The notes beneath the pieces were generated by a model. It had not been told where the DNA came from, did not search any database, and saw only the letters and a list, made by a program, of their open reading frames with translations. Shown piece after piece: positions 20,124-31,299 of a stretch of DNA of 64,000 nt (position 1 is the stretch's first letter; each line of letters begins with the position of its first letter). The stretch covers positions 7,049 to 71,048 of the forward strand of contig PBKD01000004.1 in NCBI GenBank assembly GCA_002722055.1, read 5' to 3'. The stretch comes from Rhodospirillaceae bacterium. Lineage in GTDB: Bacteria > Pseudomonadota > Alphaproteobacteria > SHVP01. The position numbers and the translations under genes are program-made.

Positions 20124-22052
20124 TTAAGAGTTAGGTTGAGGGGAAGGTTTAAAACCACCAGTCTTTGGTCCCTTTTTATTAGATGAAGGGACAGAAGATA
20201 TTGTGCTTCCTTTACTCTGTTCTATATCACTATCTTCTTCTCTATTTAATTCTTTACCATCGAGAATTAATTTTATTTCATCTCCTGTTAATGTTTCATA
20301 TTCAAGCAAAGATTTTGCTAATTTATGAAGCCCATCCATATTTTCCTCAAGAATCTTTCTTGCTGCTTCATTCGCTTCATTAACAATCCTTTTAACTTCT
20401 TCATCAATCAACTGAGCAGTGCTTTCAGAAACATTTTTCTTTTGAGCAACAGAGTGACCTAGGAAAACTTCTTCTTCATTATCTCCATATCTTAACGGGC
20501 CAAGTTTTTCGCTCATCCCCCACTCAGTAACCATCCTCCTAGCTAAATCTGTTGCCATTTTAATATCACTTGAGGCACCTGTAGTGATTTTTTCAATGCC
20601 AAAGATCAGCTCTTCTGCCAACCTACCTCCAAATGCTATAGCCAGAGAATCTTTTAGATATTCTTGAGATTGAGAATATTTGTCTTTTTCTGGAAGCCTC
20701 TGCACAAGACCTAGCGCTCTTCCTCTTGGTATTATTGTAGCTTTATGAATAGGATCTGTTGCTTTACAATGAACTGTTACTAGAGCATGGCCTGCTTCAT
20801 GATATGCTGTTAATTCCTTCTCATCATCAGACATAACCATCGACCTTCTTTCAGCTCCCATCATTACCTTGTCTTTTGCATCCTCAAACTCAAGCATAGT
20901 AACTACTTTTTTACCCTTTCTTGCAGCCCATAATGCAGCTTCATTTACTAAGTTAGCTAAATCAGCTCCGGAAAAACCAGGAGTACCCCTTGCAATTGTT
21001 CTAGCCACTACATCAGGACCTAGTGTAACTTTTTTCATATGAACTTTTAGAATTTTTTCTCTACCGAGTATATCTGGATTTGGTACAACAACCTGTCTGT
21101 CAAACCGGCCGGGCCTTAGAAGGGCAGGATCTAATACATCTGGTCTGTTTGTAGCAGCGATCAGTATCACCCCTTCATTTGCTTCAAATCCATCCATTTC
21201 AACTAAAAGTTGATTGAGTGTTTGCTCTCTCTCATCATTTCCACCGCCCAGTCCAGCACCTCTGTGTCTTCCTACAGCATCTATTTCGTCAACAAAAATA
21301 ATACAAGGAGCGTTTTTTTTAGCCTGCTCGAACATATCCCTCACTCTGCTCGCCCCTACTCCTACAAACATCTCAACAAAATCAGAACCTGATATGGTAA
21401 AAAAGGGAACATTAGCCTCTCCAGCTATGGCTCTTGCAAGGAGGGTTTTACCGGTACCTGGAGGCCCTACAAGAAGTGCACCTTTAGGAATTTTACCTCC
21501 AAGGCGCTGAAATTTTTGGGGATCTTTTAAATAATCAACTATTTCTTCTAACTCTTCTTTAGCTTCATCTATCCCAGCAACATCTTGAAATGTTACTTTA
21601 CCATGTTTTTCTGTTAGCAACCTTGCTCGCGACTTACCAAAACCCATAGCACGACCACCACCTCCTTGCATTTGGCGCATAAAAAATATCCAAACCCCTA
21701 TAAGCAAAAGCATTGGGAACCAAGCAATTAGTATATCAATTATACCAGGCCTTCCTTTTTCCAGAGGAATGGCGCGTATCAAAACTCCTTGATCCGTAAG
21801 TGTTTTAACTAAATTAGGGTCATTTGGCGCATAGGTATTGAATTCCCTTCCGTCATTTAAATTACCAGATATCGAATTACCCTTTATGGTAACTTCCCTT
21901 ACTTGTCCTGCCTTAACCTCAGCTATAAACTCAGAAAATGCTAAATCGCGCTTAATGCTTTCTGGGTCTGAGCTTTGAAAAAGCTGATACATTGCTATTA
22001 CAACTAAAGCAATTATTGCCCAGAGGGCTATATTTTTTCCAAAATTATTCAA
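20124..22052 (-). CDS. ftsH: ATP-dependent zinc metalloprotease FtsH
   Basis: Two TMs, [18 protein letters not shown] and HEAGH; TTG start after GAGG SD. Confidence 0.98.
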   Translation of the reverse strand: MNNFGKNIALWAIIALVVIAMYQLFQSSDPESIKRDLAFSEFIAEVKAGQVREVTIKGNSISGNLNDGREFNTYAPNDPNLVKTLTDQGVLIRAIPLEKGRPGIIDILIAWFPMLLLIGVWIFFMRQMQGGGGRAMGFGKSRARLLTEKHGKVTFQDVAGIDEAKEELEEIVDYLKDPQKFQRLGGKIPKGALLVGPPGTGKTLLARAIAGEANVPFFTISGSDFVEMFVGVGASRVRDMFEQAKKNAPCIIFVDEIDAVGRHRGAGLGGGNDEREQTLNQLLVEMDGFEANEGVILIAATNRPDVLDPALLRPGRFDRQVVVPNPDILGREKILKVHMKKVTLGPDVVARTIARGTPGFSGADLANLVNEAALWAARKGKKVVTMLEFEDAKDKVMMGAERRSMVMSDDEKELTAYHEAGHALVTVHCKATDPIHKATIIPRGRALGLVQRLPEKDKYSQSQEYLKDSLAIAFGGRLAEELIFGIEKITTGASSDIKMATDLARRMVTEWGMSEKLGPLRYGDNEEEVFLGHSVAQKKNVSESTAQLIDEEVKRIVNEANEAARKILEENMDGLHKLAKSLLEYETLTGDEIKLILDGKELNREEDSDIEQSKGSTISSVPSSNKKGPKTGGFKPSPQPNS

Positions 22053-22100
22053 GGGAAATACCTCTCTAATTCAAACGATAATAAAAAACTACAATTACAT

Positions 22101-22128
22101 AAATAGGTTATTTATTTTAATTTACAAC
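22101..22128 (-). promoter_or_regulatory. Candidate RpoH-type promoter for ftsH
   Basis: Minus-strand GTTGTA-N15-CCTATTT, 48 nt upstream of the ftsH start. Confidence 0.4.
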
Positions 22129-23418
22129 TGCAAAACCTGGTGGAGACAAAGATTGAATGGGAGAAAAATTAGCAGTAAAGTCTAAATCCCGATACAAACT
22201 GACCCCTAAATTAGGAATTGAAATAACCCTATCTTTTTCCCAAAGGGCAGGCAAACTTAATAAAGCCTCTTTAGGAATATCAGATTGATGATTATAATAA
22301 CCTGCATTTGTTACCTGATCAAAACCCTTTCTACCAAGTCTCCTCAATTTAAGCTGTTTTCCGTAATTTTTCGTCATTTTTATCTTAAATCTTCTATCCC
22401 AAATCATTAATTCATTGTCTATTTCAATTTTTTTTGGCTCTATATTTCTTATTTCTCTTATAAAAAATAAATTATTACTTTTTTTTATTATTAAACACCC
22501 TCCAAGAGTTTTTGAAGTAAAAGATTTGGCAAAATGGTCTGATATCCTTTTTAAACCTGTTAAAGAAGGAGGATATTCTAGTCCAGCTACGGTAATAATT
22601 GACCTAGATAAAATTTGCTCTCTAAATTCTTTTTTAAGTTTAACAAATTGATTAAAATTAAATTTTACGAAGCCTAGTTGATTAACTTCTGCATTTAGAG
22701 CAAAATATTTACTCATTAATTTTTCAAAATTAATTCTTTTTTTTGCAACTAATTTATCCACTTTCCAATTATTTTCAGATAAATAATTTCGAGCTTTTAC
22801 TCTAAAAAATAAATTGTTCTTATTAGCTTCATCTTCAATCCATGATATTTTATTTGCCAATAAGTATTTTTTTAAATCATTCGGATCTAAATTTAATATA
22901 GGCCTTAAAAGTCTAAAACAATTAAACTCCCTTATAGCGCTCATTCCTGCCATACCAATGAAACCACTATCTCTCCAACTTCGCATCAAACATGTCTCTT
23001 TTTGATCTAAACTATGATGACCAACTAAGAGATGAAAAATATTATTTTTTTCACAAAAATTAGCCAAAAGTTTATAACGATAATTTCTAGCAAGTTCTTG
23101 AATTTTGGATTTAGGTTTTGGGCCTCGATATTTTATAATTTCATGCTGTATTTTTAATTTTTTCAGTTGTCTCTTAACAACAAGAGCTTCTTTATATGAA
23201 TTATCCCGTAATGAATGATCAACTGTAACACCTATTACTGAACCTCCATAAATTCTGGTCCAATTTTTCGCTAACAAAACTAGAGCAAGGCTATCTGAGC
23301 CACCAGATACAGCAACAGCAATTTTGGGATTTATCTCAAATGGAAAAAAGGTTTCCATATTCTTTGAGAATTTGGCCTCTAAAAAATTGACTAAATTAGT
23401 TTTAGTTTTTACAACCAA
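22117..23418 (-). CDS. tilS: tRNA(Ile)-lysidine synthetase
   Basis: PP-loop AVSGGSDS, VDHSLR, ARNYRY and HHSLDQ.ET; upstream of ftsH. Confidence 0.93.
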   Translation of the reverse strand: MVVKTKTNLVNFLEAKFSKNMETFFPFEINPKIAVAVSGGSDSLALVLLAKNWTRIYGGSVIGVTVDHSLRDNSYKEALVVKRQLKKLKIQHEIIKYRGPKPKSKIQELARNYRYKLLANFCEKNNIFHLLVGHHSLDQKETCLMRSWRDSGFIGMAGMSAIREFNCFRLLRPILNLDPNDLKKYLLANKISWIEDEANKNNLFFRVKARNYLSENNWKVDKLVAKKRINFEKLMSKYFALNAEVNQLGFVKFNFNQFVKLKKEFREQILSRSIITVAGLEYPPSLTGLKRISDHFAKSFTSKTLGGCLIIKKSNNLFFIREIRNIEPKKIEIDNELMIWDRRFKIKMTKNYGKQLKLRRLGRKGFDQVTNAGYYNHQSDIPKEALLSLPALWEKDRVISIPNLGVSLYRDLDFTANFSPIQSLSPPGFAVVN

Positions 23419-24388
23419 TTCTTACCGATTCCTGCAAAGCTCTCCTCCTTATCCTAGAGTTTGCTTCAGGAAACTTTAAAAGAAGCTCTTCGAATGACTC
23501 ACAGGCTTCACTAGAGTTCCCTAATTCTCCTAGAGACATACCTAATTTTAAGAGGCTATCAGGAGCTTTATTACCAAGAGGAAATAATTTGTAGCTGTCT
23601 ATAAAAGCACCAGCAGCTTCTGCATAACTCTTTTTAACGTAGTAAACCTCCCCTAACCAATAAAAAGCATTACTTGATAGCTTATGATCTTTATTCAATC
23701 GAATAAATTCTTTAAACGCTAATTCAGCTTCTTGATAATCCAATTTCATTAATAAACTTCTTGCGTAAGCATACTGTTTTTCAGGGCCTAAATCAGGAAG
23801 TATAGACTCTATCTTTAAAGATGATGTCTCTTCTTTAGATATTTCACTATTATCTTTAGAAGATTCATAATTTTTTTCAGTCTCTGAAAGAGTATTCTCG
23901 CTAAACTCATTATTCTTTTTAAGAGGCGCTTTAAGTTTATTCACTATAGTTTCGATCGACTTTAGTCGAAAATCTAAATCTTCTACAAGCTTATCTATCC
24001 TCTGCCTCATTACATTAACATCATTTCCAGCTCTTTCCACGGAACCTGTTAACTTTCTGATTTCAGCTTCTAACTCAGACATTCTTAGCTCGTTAGCAGT
24101 CATTCTTTGAATAAATGGACTGTCACTAGAATTCCCTTGTGAAACAAGTTCATTTGAATTTGAATTGATTTTAGAATCGTTTCTATAGAGTAATCTTGAA
24201 ATATCTTGTAAGCTTCTTTCTAAGCTATCCAGCCGATTACTTAAGACTCTTACATTGTTAACAGAGTTATTTGAATTGAATTCTGGATTGGATAAAGTTT
24301 CCTGGGCAAAAGACAGACCATAAATAAATTGAAAATATAATATAATTAAAAGAGATATTAATATTTTACAATAATTTAATAAAAACAT
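23402..24388 (-). CDS. cpoB: Tol-Pal associated protein CpoB/YbgF
   Basis: Signal peptide, coiled coil, TPR motifs NAFYWLGE and KAPDSLLKLG; downstream of pal; ATG 24388 preferred. Confidence 0.92.
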   Translation of the reverse strand: MFLLNYCKILISLLIILYFQFIYGLSFAQETLSNPEFNSNNSVNNVRVLSNRLDSLERSLQDISRLLYRNDSKINSNSNELVSQGNSSDSPFIQRMTANELRMSELEAEIRKLTGSVERAGNDVNVMRQRIDKLVEDLDFRLKSIETIVNKLKAPLKKNNEFSENTLSETEKNYESSKDNSEISKEETSSLKIESILPDLGPEKQYAYARSLLMKLDYQEAELAFKEFIRLNKDHKLSSNAFYWLGEVYYVKKSYAEAAGAFIDSYKLFPLGNKAPDSLLKLGMSLGELGNSSEACESFEELLLKFPEANSRIRRRALQESVRIGCKN

Positions 24389-24458
24389 ATTTGATCCAAT
24401 AAGACATTTGATAGGCAAATATATATATCTAAATTAAGGCATAAATTTGGTAAGGTCT

Positions 24459-24491
24459 ATTTGCTCACCAGTTTTACTCTGGTGAGCAAAT
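24459..24491. terminator. Strong stem-loop between pal and cpoB (terminator or mRNA-stabilising hairpin)
   Basis: Perfect 13-bp inverted repeat ATTTGCTCACCAG / CTGGTGAGCAAAT with a 7-nt loop; no U-tract follows it on the pal strand. Confidence 0.6.
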
Positions 24492-24508
24492 CAAAAATAC
24501 TAATAGTT

Positions 24509-24534
24509 ATTAAGATAAAATAATTTATCTTAAT
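24509..24534. repeat. Second, AT-rich inverted repeat directly after the pal stop
   Basis: ATTAAGATAAA-ATAA-TTTATCTTAAT (11-bp stem). Confidence 0.55.
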
Positions 24535-24544
24535 TTAAAAAAAC

Positions 24545-25069
24545 CTATTGAGCTCTTACCCTAGTAACTCCACGCCTATTTTGACTCCAAGCTGTATCAT
24601 TGGAGCCTAAAGCTACAGGTTTTTCTTTGCCGTATGATATGGTCATTATCCTTGCACCATTAATTCCAAGCGCAACTAGAAAATTACTTACAGCAGTAGC
24701 TCTTCTTTCTCCAAGAGCTAAGTTATATTCTCTAGTGCCTCTCTCATCACAATGACCTTCAACTGTAATACTTACATTTGAATACCTTTTCAACCAAGCA
24801 GCTTGCCTTTCTAATGTTCGTCTAGCTTCAGGTGTTAGATCTGAACTATCGTATTCAAAAAGAACACGATCACCTACATTAGAAACAAGATCAGCCTGAC
24901 TGCCAGGCAATATCTCCGCTGATTTTGATTGTGATGATTCCACAGATGATGATGATGATGATTTCGTGCTTTCTCCGCTTCCTCCAGCCCCAGAGTCAGT
25001 ATCTGTAACTGTAGTACAAGCCGAAGCTACGAAAAGTGCGGCTATTGCCATGATGAACTTCAAACGCAT
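24545..25069 (-). CDS. pal: Peptidoglycan-associated lipoprotein Pal
   Basis: Lipobox ASAC, EGHCDERGTREYNLALGERRA and SYGKEKP. Confidence 0.97.
   Translation of the reverse strand: MRLKFIMAIAALFVASACTTVTDTDSGAGGSGESTKSSSSSSVESSQSKSAEILPGSQADLVSNVGDRVLFEYDSSDLTPEARRTLERQAAWLKRYSNVSITVEGHCDERGTREYNLALGERRATAVSNFLVALGINGARIMTISYGKEKPVALGSNDTAWSQNRRGVTRVRAQ
24945..24962. repeat. (GAT)6 trinucleotide repeat encoding a poly-Ser linker in Pal
   Basis: gatgatgatgatgatgat on +; reads KSSSSSSV in Pal. Confidence 0.8.
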
Positions 25070-25109
25070 CTATTTCTCCGTCGCCAAAAATTGACAAATA
25101 CTTATTGCT

Positions 25110-25138
25110 ATCTTAACAAAAAAAAACGAATTTGATAA
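25110..25138 (-). promoter_or_regulatory. Candidate internal sigma-70 promoter for pal
   Basis: Minus-strand TTATCA-N17-TAAGAT with TG extension, about 40 nt upstream of the pal ATG. Confidence 0.35.
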
Positions 25139-25266
25139 GATTCAAGAGTGATTTTTTACTTTTACTACTCTATTTCAATTTAATCAACTGAGCTTTTAAA
25201 CCTCTATTGGTCATCTGTCCAGCCAGATTATTGAAAAATAAGCCATTTTCATTAAAAATCTTTTAT

Positions 25267-26595
25267 CTATCTGACTGAGGATAATGGAGACCATGCTGGA
25301 TCTGACGCATCTAAAGGGGTTATAAGCCTTCTTTCGTTAAATCCAGTTAGGTCTACTGACCAGAGGCTAAATGAGCCACCAGTCCCATCTGACTTACTAG
25401 GTTTTTGCCTAAAAAACATCAAAACCCTTCCATTTGGTGACCAAGTAGGACCTTCATCCAGAAAACTCTCTGTTAAAAGCCTTTCTCCAGATCCATCAAC
25501 TCTCATAATACCAATATGAAATCTACCCTTATAAAATTTAGTAAACGCTATTAAATCTCCTCTGGGTGACCATACTGGGGTAGCATACCTCCCTTTCCCA
25601 AAAGATATTCTTTTTTGCTGTTTCCCGTTGGCTTTCATCACATATAGCTGCTGTGTACCACTCCTGTCAGAATTAAAAACTACCCTAGTCCCGTCGGGAG
25701 AAAAAGATGCAGAGGTATCAATTGAAGGACTTTTTGTTAACCTCTGAACTTTCCTAGTTCTGATATCCATAGTGTAAATATCAGAATTACCACTTAATGC
25801 TAAACTCATTATAACTTGGTTTCCATCAGGTGAAAAACGTGGGGCAAAAGTCATTCCAGGAAAGTCTCCAAGAATTTCTTGTTGTCCAGTATCTATATTA
25901 TAAATATAAACACGAGGTTTTTTGTTAAAATAACTTAGATATGTTATCTCTTGACGTGTAGGGGAAAATCTTGGAGTGAGAACTAAATGCTTACCATCAG
26001 TTAAAAATTTATGATTTTCTCCATCTAAATCCATTATTGCAAGTCTTTTAACTCGTTTGGTTGCAGGACCAGCTTCTGATACATAAACTATTCTTGTATC
26101 AAAATAACCTTTTTCACCAGTAAGCCTCTCATATATTTGGTCAGATATTATATGTGCTATTCTTCTCCAATTTGTTGGATTAGTTTTATAAACTAAACCG
26201 GTCATTTGCTGTTCAGCAAATGTATCCCACAATCTAAAAGACACATTTAGCCTCCCATCTGATTCAATTTTAGTTGAGCCAGTTACTAATGCTTGAGCAT
26301 TTATGACTCTCCAATCACCAAATCTTGGCCTTTCAACTATACTTTCTGTATCTTCAATAAATGACTTTCTATCCAGTGGTAAAAATAAGCCTGAGCGCGC
26401 AAGATTATTGCTAATAACATCTGAAATTTTTTTTCCTGTATTTTCATTTTTAGCATCAAAGTCTGTTGAATTGAATACTGAGATAGCAATAGGAAGAGGG
26501 TCTATATTCCCTCTTGTTATATCTATTTCGACTTGAGAATGTGCAAGCTTCGTCGAAATGAAAATAATAAGTAAAATTAAAATAGTTCTTTGCAT
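25267..26595 (-). CDS. tolB: Tol-Pal beta-propeller protein TolB
   Basis: [13 protein letters not shown] and PD40 repeats (PRFSP, PVWSP, PTWSP); ATG 26595 gives a signal peptide. Confidence 0.96.
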   Translation of the reverse strand: MQRTILILLIIFISTKLAHSQVEIDITRGNIDPLPIAISVFNSTDFDAKNENTGKKISDVISNNLARSGLFLPLDRKSFIEDTESIVERPRFGDWRVINAQALVTGSTKIESDGRLNVSFRLWDTFAEQQMTGLVYKTNPTNWRRIAHIISDQIYERLTGEKGYFDTRIVYVSEAGPATKRVKRLAIMDLDGENHKFLTDGKHLVLTPRFSPTRQEITYLSYFNKKPRVYIYNIDTGQQEILGDFPGMTFAPRFSPDGNQVIMSLALSGNSDIYTMDIRTRKVQRLTKSPSIDTSASFSPDGTRVVFNSDRSGTQQLYVMKANGKQQKRISFGKGRYATPVWSPRGDLIAFTKFYKGRFHIGIMRVDGSGERLLTESFLDEGPTWSPNGRVLMFFRQKPSKSDGTGGSFSLWSVDLTGFNERRLITPLDASDPAWSPLSSVR

Positions 26596-26639
26596 ATAAT
26601 ATCTCACTGTAAATATTCTATTTTTATAATAAAAAAGTA

Positions 26640-27518
26640 TCAACCACCTAATAATTGTTTTGGGTTAAATGTAAGGGTAATATCACGCCAAGCATCATAT
26701 TTTGCTTTTGGCAAGCCCGTAAATGGCTGTGCTTTATATACCGCACGAATAGCACTATCAGCTGCGGCTCTAAAAAATGTATCTTTAAGTTTGCCTGAAT
26801 TTACTATAACAGGAACCCCCCTCAAGGTCCCATCTAGGTTTAAACCAATTCTTAATTTAATTACTAAATCAACAGCATCCCTGGCACCAGAGGGAGGCGT
26901 CCAATTCTTCTCAATCTGATACCTTATTAGATCTATATCTCTCATAGTTAAACGAGATGATATGCGAGCATTTTTTATTAATCTCTTTTTTTTATCTATC
27001 TCATTAAGAACACCATCAGTTAGTTTTGGCTTATTGAGAAAATTATTTTCTTTCTTTTTTTCTATATTTTTATCTTCATCAATTTTTTTTCTAGACTTAT
27101 CAATCAAAAGAGAAATTCTATTTGTATCAAAGTCTTTAACTTTTTTTGGAGGTTTAGGCTTCAACCTTGGTCTTAACTTAGTTTGATCAATGTAATTATC
27201 TTTTATTATATTTTTTTTTACTTTAGGTTTTTGTTTAGGCTCAAAAATCTCGACAACTTCTTTATTTTGAGCCTCCTGAATTTGTGAAACCGGTTTAACA
27301 ATTGGTTTTGATTTTATGCTTTGCTTTTCTTTATTAATTTTCTTTGGTTTACTTTTAACTTCTTTTAAAGAAGTTAAATCTTCCTCAAGAGCTACTAATT
27401 CAACAATGATTGGCTCTTCATTTTTTGGCTTATTATTAAGAAGGTCGGGCAATGTAACCCACATAGATCCCAAGACAAGGATATGGAAAGTAACAGAGAA
27501 TATAACTGGTATTCGCAT
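26640..27518 (-). CDS. tolA: TolA/TonB-like energy transducer
   Basis: S-x3-H TM motif (SVTFH), Lys/Pro-rich linker and TonB_C-like end (AADSAIRAV); located between tolR and tolB. Confidence 0.88.
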   Translation of the reverse strand: MRIPVIFSVTFHILVLGSMWVTLPDLLNNKPKNEEPIIVELVALEEDLTSLKEVKSKPKKINKEKQSIKSKPIVKPVSQIQEAQNKEVVEIFEPKQKPKVKKNIIKDNYIDQTKLRPRLKPKPPKKVKDFDTNRISLLIDKSRKKIDEDKNIEKKKENNFLNKPKLTDGVLNEIDKKKRLIKNARISSRLTMRDIDLIRYQIEKNWTPPSGARDAVDLVIKLRIGLNLDGTLRGVPVIVNSGKLKDTFFRAAADSAIRAVYKAQPFTGLPKAKYDAWRDITLTFNPKQLLGG

Positions 27519-27538
27519 AGAATATATATATCCTATTG

Positions 27539-27964
27539 TTATGGCTTTTCTGTGATTAATGAAACCTTATTGAAACCAGCAGCTGTAATTTCAGACATAA
27601 CTTCCATAACTTTCCCGTAATCAATGTTTTTATCTCCTCTTATAAAAATCCTAGAATCCTGTCGATTATTCGAAATTGCCTTTAGCCTTGCTGTTAAAGT
27701 GTTTAATTCAACTTCTGTATCTTGAATAAAAATCTTTCCACTACTGTCTATGGTAATAGCTAAAGGCTCATCTTTACCTGGGATAGCTTTAGCTTTAGTT
27801 TTAGGCAAGTCTACTGACACACCAACTGTTAATAGTGGTGCTGTCACCATAAAAATAACCAAAAGAACTAACATTACATCTACAAATGGAGTTACATTAA
27901 TTTCTGACATAGGCTTATATGAAGTACTTTTTTGTTGTTTTTTTTCTGCAAGAAAAGCAGTCAT
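27539..27964 (-). CDS. tolR: TolR
   Basis: EINVTPFVDVMLVLLVIFMVTAP. Confidence 0.95.
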   Translation of the reverse strand: MTAFLAEKKQQKSTSYKPMSEINVTPFVDVMLVLLVIFMVTAPLLTVGVSVDLPKTKAKAIPGKDEPLAITIDSSGKIFIQDTEVELNTLTARLKAISNNRQDSRIFIRGDKNIDYGKVMEVMSEITAAGFNKVSLITEKP

Positions 27965-28689
27965 TTGGCAGACCTTTCCTCAAGCTGCCTAAGCAAAATT
28001 GATGAAAACTCTGCAGCAAAACCATCTAAACGGTTAGCTAATCTGTTCAAATCATTTGAAAATTTATTATAAGCTATGACAGCAGGAATTGCAGCAACAA
28101 GACCAATTGCTGTTGCAAATAGTGCTTCAGCAATTCCTGGGGCAACGACAACTAAACTTGTATTTTCGCTGGAAGCAATTGACTGAAAACTATTCATAAT
28201 ACCCCAAACAGTTCCAAATAAGCCTACAAATGGAGCCGTTGAACCAACAGTTGCCAAAAATCCCAGATATTTCTCTAGATTTTCAACTTCCCTGCTTATG
28301 GTTAATCTCATAATTTGACTTAAACGGTCTTTAAAACTTGCATTTAGTTGACCTAATTTTGAAACCTTACTTGTCCTTTTCCACTCCTTCATAACAGAGA
28401 CGAACAAGAGAGCCATTGGATGATCAGCCCCTGATTTTAAATTATCATATAATTCTTCAAGAGAACTCCCTGACCAAAATTTATCCTCAAATTCTTCGGT
28501 TTTTTGTGAGATATCTCTTAATTTTTTAACCTTATCAAAAATTATTGCCCAGGACCAAATTGAGGCAGAAACCAAAATTAAGAGGACTAATTTTACAATA
28601 AAGTCAGCTTTATATATTAATGACCAAATTGATAAATCAGCTGAAACGGAACCAGCGATCGATACGGCTTCTACTGCTTGTTGCTCCAT
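27961..28689 (-). CDS. tolQ: TolQ
   Basis: LATVGSTAPFVGLFGTVWGIM and APGIAEALFATA. Confidence 0.96.
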   Translation of the reverse strand: MEQQAVEAVSIAGSVSADLSIWSLIYKADFIVKLVLLILVSASIWSWAIIFDKVKKLRDISQKTEEFEDKFWSGSSLEELYDNLKSGADHPMALLFVSVMKEWKRTSKVSKLGQLNASFKDRLSQIMRLTISREVENLEKYLGFLATVGSTAPFVGLFGTVWGIMNSFQSIASSENTSLVVVAPGIAEALFATAIGLVAAIPAVIAYNKFSNDLNRLANRLDGFAAEFSSILLRQLEERSAK

Positions 28690-28715
28690 ATTAATACTCT
28701 TTCTAAGTAAACTAA

Positions 28716-29138
28716 TTATTTATCTTTTAAAATATTATATATTTTATCTGGTAAAACAATAGCATGACCAGTCTGAGATATACATGCTAAATTAATTATA
28801 CTTTTAACCAAGACCTTCCCACCTATCTCTATCTTTTGGTCAAATTGAATTATTTCTTTTTTTAAACGCTTTATATATGAAATTACCTCTATCTCATCAT
28901 TAAATTTAGCTGGTGATATAAATTTTAAATCACAACTTCTTACTACAAAATAAATCTTTAAAATGTCAGAAATATGATTAAGTTCATATCCCATAACCCT
29001 AAAAAACTCTGTTCTTGCCCTCTCAAAATATTTCAAATAATTAGCATAGTATACCAAACCCAAGGAGTCTGTATCTTCATAATAAATTCTAATTAAAAAT
29101 TTTTGTTTATTTTGATTCAATAAATTAATCCAGTTCAA
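28716..29138 (-). CDS. ybgC: Tol-Pal associated acyl-CoA thioesterase YbgC
   Basis: [24 protein letters not shown]. Confidence 0.92.
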   Translation of the reverse strand: MNWINLLNQNKQKFLIRIYYEDTDSLGLVYYANYLKYFERARTEFFRVMGYELNHISDILKIYFVVRSCDLKFISPAKFNDEIEVISYIKRLKKEIIQFDQKIEIGGKVLVKSIINLACISQTGHAIVLPDKIYNILKDK

Positions 29139-30162
29139 ACTCTGACTGAAAAGACTTAGGCATCTTAATTTTTAAATGTTTAAATGCATTAATAGTTAAA
29201 ACTCGCCCCCTAGGAGTCCTTTGAATCAAACCTATTTGAATAAGATAAGGCTCGATAATTTCTTCAATAGCATCACGAGGCTCAGACAAAGCTGCTGCAA
29301 TAGTCTCAATACCAACCGGACCACCGGAATAATTCTTAGCTATACACAATAAATATTTTTTATCCATAGCGTCTAATCCAATAAAATCAACATCCAGACG
29401 ACCTAGAGCATCACTAGCTACATTTTTATTTATGACCTTTGCCTTAGTTACCACTGCTACATCTCTAACCCTTTTTAACAACCTATGAGCAATTCTTGGA
29501 GTGCCCCTGGAACGACAGGCAATCTCTTTCGCTCCCTCATTTTCTAATTTAATATCAAGTAACTTAGAACCTCTCTTAACTATATTTACTAAATCATTAA
29601 CATCATAAAAGTTTAGTCTAAGGGGAATTCCAAACCTTTCTCTTAAGGGTGTAGTTAATAATCCAGACCTAGTGGTTGCGCCTACTAGAGTAAATTTTGG
29701 TAAATCAATTCTGACTGATCTAGCTGCCGGCCCTTCGCCAATAATTAGATCTAAGTTAAAGTCTTCCATAGCTGGATACAATATCTCCTCAACTGAGGGA
29801 GATAATCTATGAATTTCATCAATAAACAAAACATCTCTCTCATTAAGATTAGTTAAAATAGCAGCAAGGTCACCAGATTTAGAAATTATTGGGCCTGCTG
29901 TTGCTCTAAAGTTAACACCCAATTCCTTAGCAACAATTTGAGCTAAAGTTGTCTTGCCTAAGCCTGGGGGACCAACAAATAAAACGTGGTCAAGAGCTTC
30001 TGATCTTGATTTGGCAGCTTCAACAAAGATACTGAGGTTATCGCATAATTTAGACTGGCCTATAAAATCTTTCAGTTGTGTTGGTCTAATCCCAAACTCT
30101 TCTTCTTTAGAGCTTTGAGCTTTTGAGTCAACTAGCCTCTTTTCATTGTTTTCTTCCATCAA
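29125..30162 (-). CDS. ruvB: Holliday junction helicase RuvB
   Basis: [17 protein letters not shown] and RGTPRIA. Confidence 0.98.
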   Translation of the reverse strand: MMEENNEKRLVDSKAQSSKEEEFGIRPTQLKDFIGQSKLCDNLSIFVEAAKSRSEALDHVLFVGPPGLGKTTLAQIVAKELGVNFRATAGPIISKSGDLAAILTNLNERDVLFIDEIHRLSPSVEEILYPAMEDFNLDLIIGEGPAARSVRIDLPKFTLVGATTRSGLLTTPLRERFGIPLRLNFYDVNDLVNIVKRGSKLLDIKLENEGAKEIACRSRGTPRIAHRLLKRVRDVAVVTKAKVINKNVASDALGRLDVDFIGLDAMDKKYLLCIAKNYSGGPVGIETIAAALSEPRDAIEEIIEPYLIQIGLIQRTPRGRVLTINAFKHLKIKMPKSFQSEFELD

Positions 30163-30776
30163 TTCAAATCACTTCTTTTATTGAGACGTTTCAAAGATTC
30201 CCTTATTAAACCCTCTAAGCCGATATCATTCTTTTCAGAAATTAGCAAAGCTAAAACCCGATCAATATCAGTTTTTCTAAAACCTAAATTTATAAGAGCA
30301 GACTCAGCATTAATAATGTCTTCTTTATCATTTGGCAGAGTGTATTCATTTAATTTTTGCTCAATAATTAAACTACTAGGAACTTTGTCTTTTAGCTCAT
30401 TCACAATTCTCTGAGCTAATTTGGGCCCTATTCCGGAAACTTTTGCAAAAGCACTTTTATCCTGTTCCGAAATTAACCTAGATAATATACTTGTTTCATA
30501 TAAAGACTGAATAGCCAGAGCAACCTTTGCACCTACACCTTGAACGGAAATTAGAATTTTAAACCACTGTTGCTCTTTTAAACTATTAAAACCGTAAAGA
30601 TGAAAATGATCTTCCCTAATGTGAGTTTCTATAAAAAGACTTAACTCCGAAAATTTTTTTGGTGCTTTATCAATAGTTTTTTGACTACAAAAAATTAAAT
30701 AACCAACCCCTTTAACATCAAGAATTAACCAACCCTCACCTACTTCTTCAACTAAACCTGTTAATTTTGCAATCAT
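30159..30776 (-). CDS. ruvA: Holliday junction branch migration protein RuvA
   Basis: MIAKLTG, GVGY, LYGF, HhH motifs and SALINLGF. Confidence 0.96.
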   Translation of the reverse strand: MIAKLTGLVEEVGEGWLILDVKGVGYLIFCSQKTIDKAPKKFSELSLFIETHIREDHFHLYGFNSLKEQQWFKILISVQGVGAKVALAIQSLYETSILSRLISEQDKSAFAKVSGIGPKLAQRIVNELKDKVPSSLIIEQKLNEYTLPNDKEDIINAESALINLGFRKTDIDRVLALLISEKNDIGLEGLIRESLKRLNKRSDLN

Positions 30777-31279
30777 TTATTAACTTTCAAATTAGCAGCT
30801 AATATAGATTTACTTGAGCTGTAGTGACTATGACAGATAGCTACAGCCAGTGCATCTGCAGCATCGTAGCCATTGATTATACAACCAGGAAGCAAATGTT
30901 CTACCATAACCCTAACTTGTTCTTTGTGAGCATGCCCTTTACCAACTAAAGATTTTTTTATTTTGGTTGTTGAGTATTCACTGACAGGTATTCCATAATT
31001 TGCCGGTACTAATAATGAGATACCACGTGCTTGTCCAAGCTTAAGAGTTGAATTAGGGTTTTTATTAAGAAACACCTCCTCCACAGCAGCTGAATTAGGT
31101 GAGTATGATTCTACTATCGCAAGAAGAGACTGATAAATTAAAGATAATTTTTCTGGTAATTCTTTTTCTCTGGATATTTTTATAACTCCATTACCCACAT
31201 GACTAAGAGCTGAACCAGAAATTCTGATTAAACCCCAACCTGTATTATTAAGTCCTGGGTCTAAGCCTAAAATCAACAT
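30773..31279 (-). CDS. ruvC: Crossover junction endodeoxyribonuclease RuvC
   Basis: LGLDPG, AVEE, LGQARG and DAADALAVAICH. Confidence 0.97.
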   Translation of the reverse strand: MLILGLDPGLNNTGWGLIRISGSALSHVGNGVIKISREKELPEKLSLIYQSLLAIVESYSPNSAAVEEVFLNKNPNSTLKLGQARGISLLVPANYGIPVSEYSTTKIKKSLVGKGHAHKEQVRVMVEHLLPGCIINGYDAADALAVAICHSHYSSSKSILAANLKVNK

Positions 31280-31299
31280 TTGAATCTCAAAAGTATCAT

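Noticed and set aside
25118..25126. A9 tract in the pal promoter spacer as a phase-variation switch
   Set aside because: Runs of 8-9 A/T are common throughout this AT-rich window
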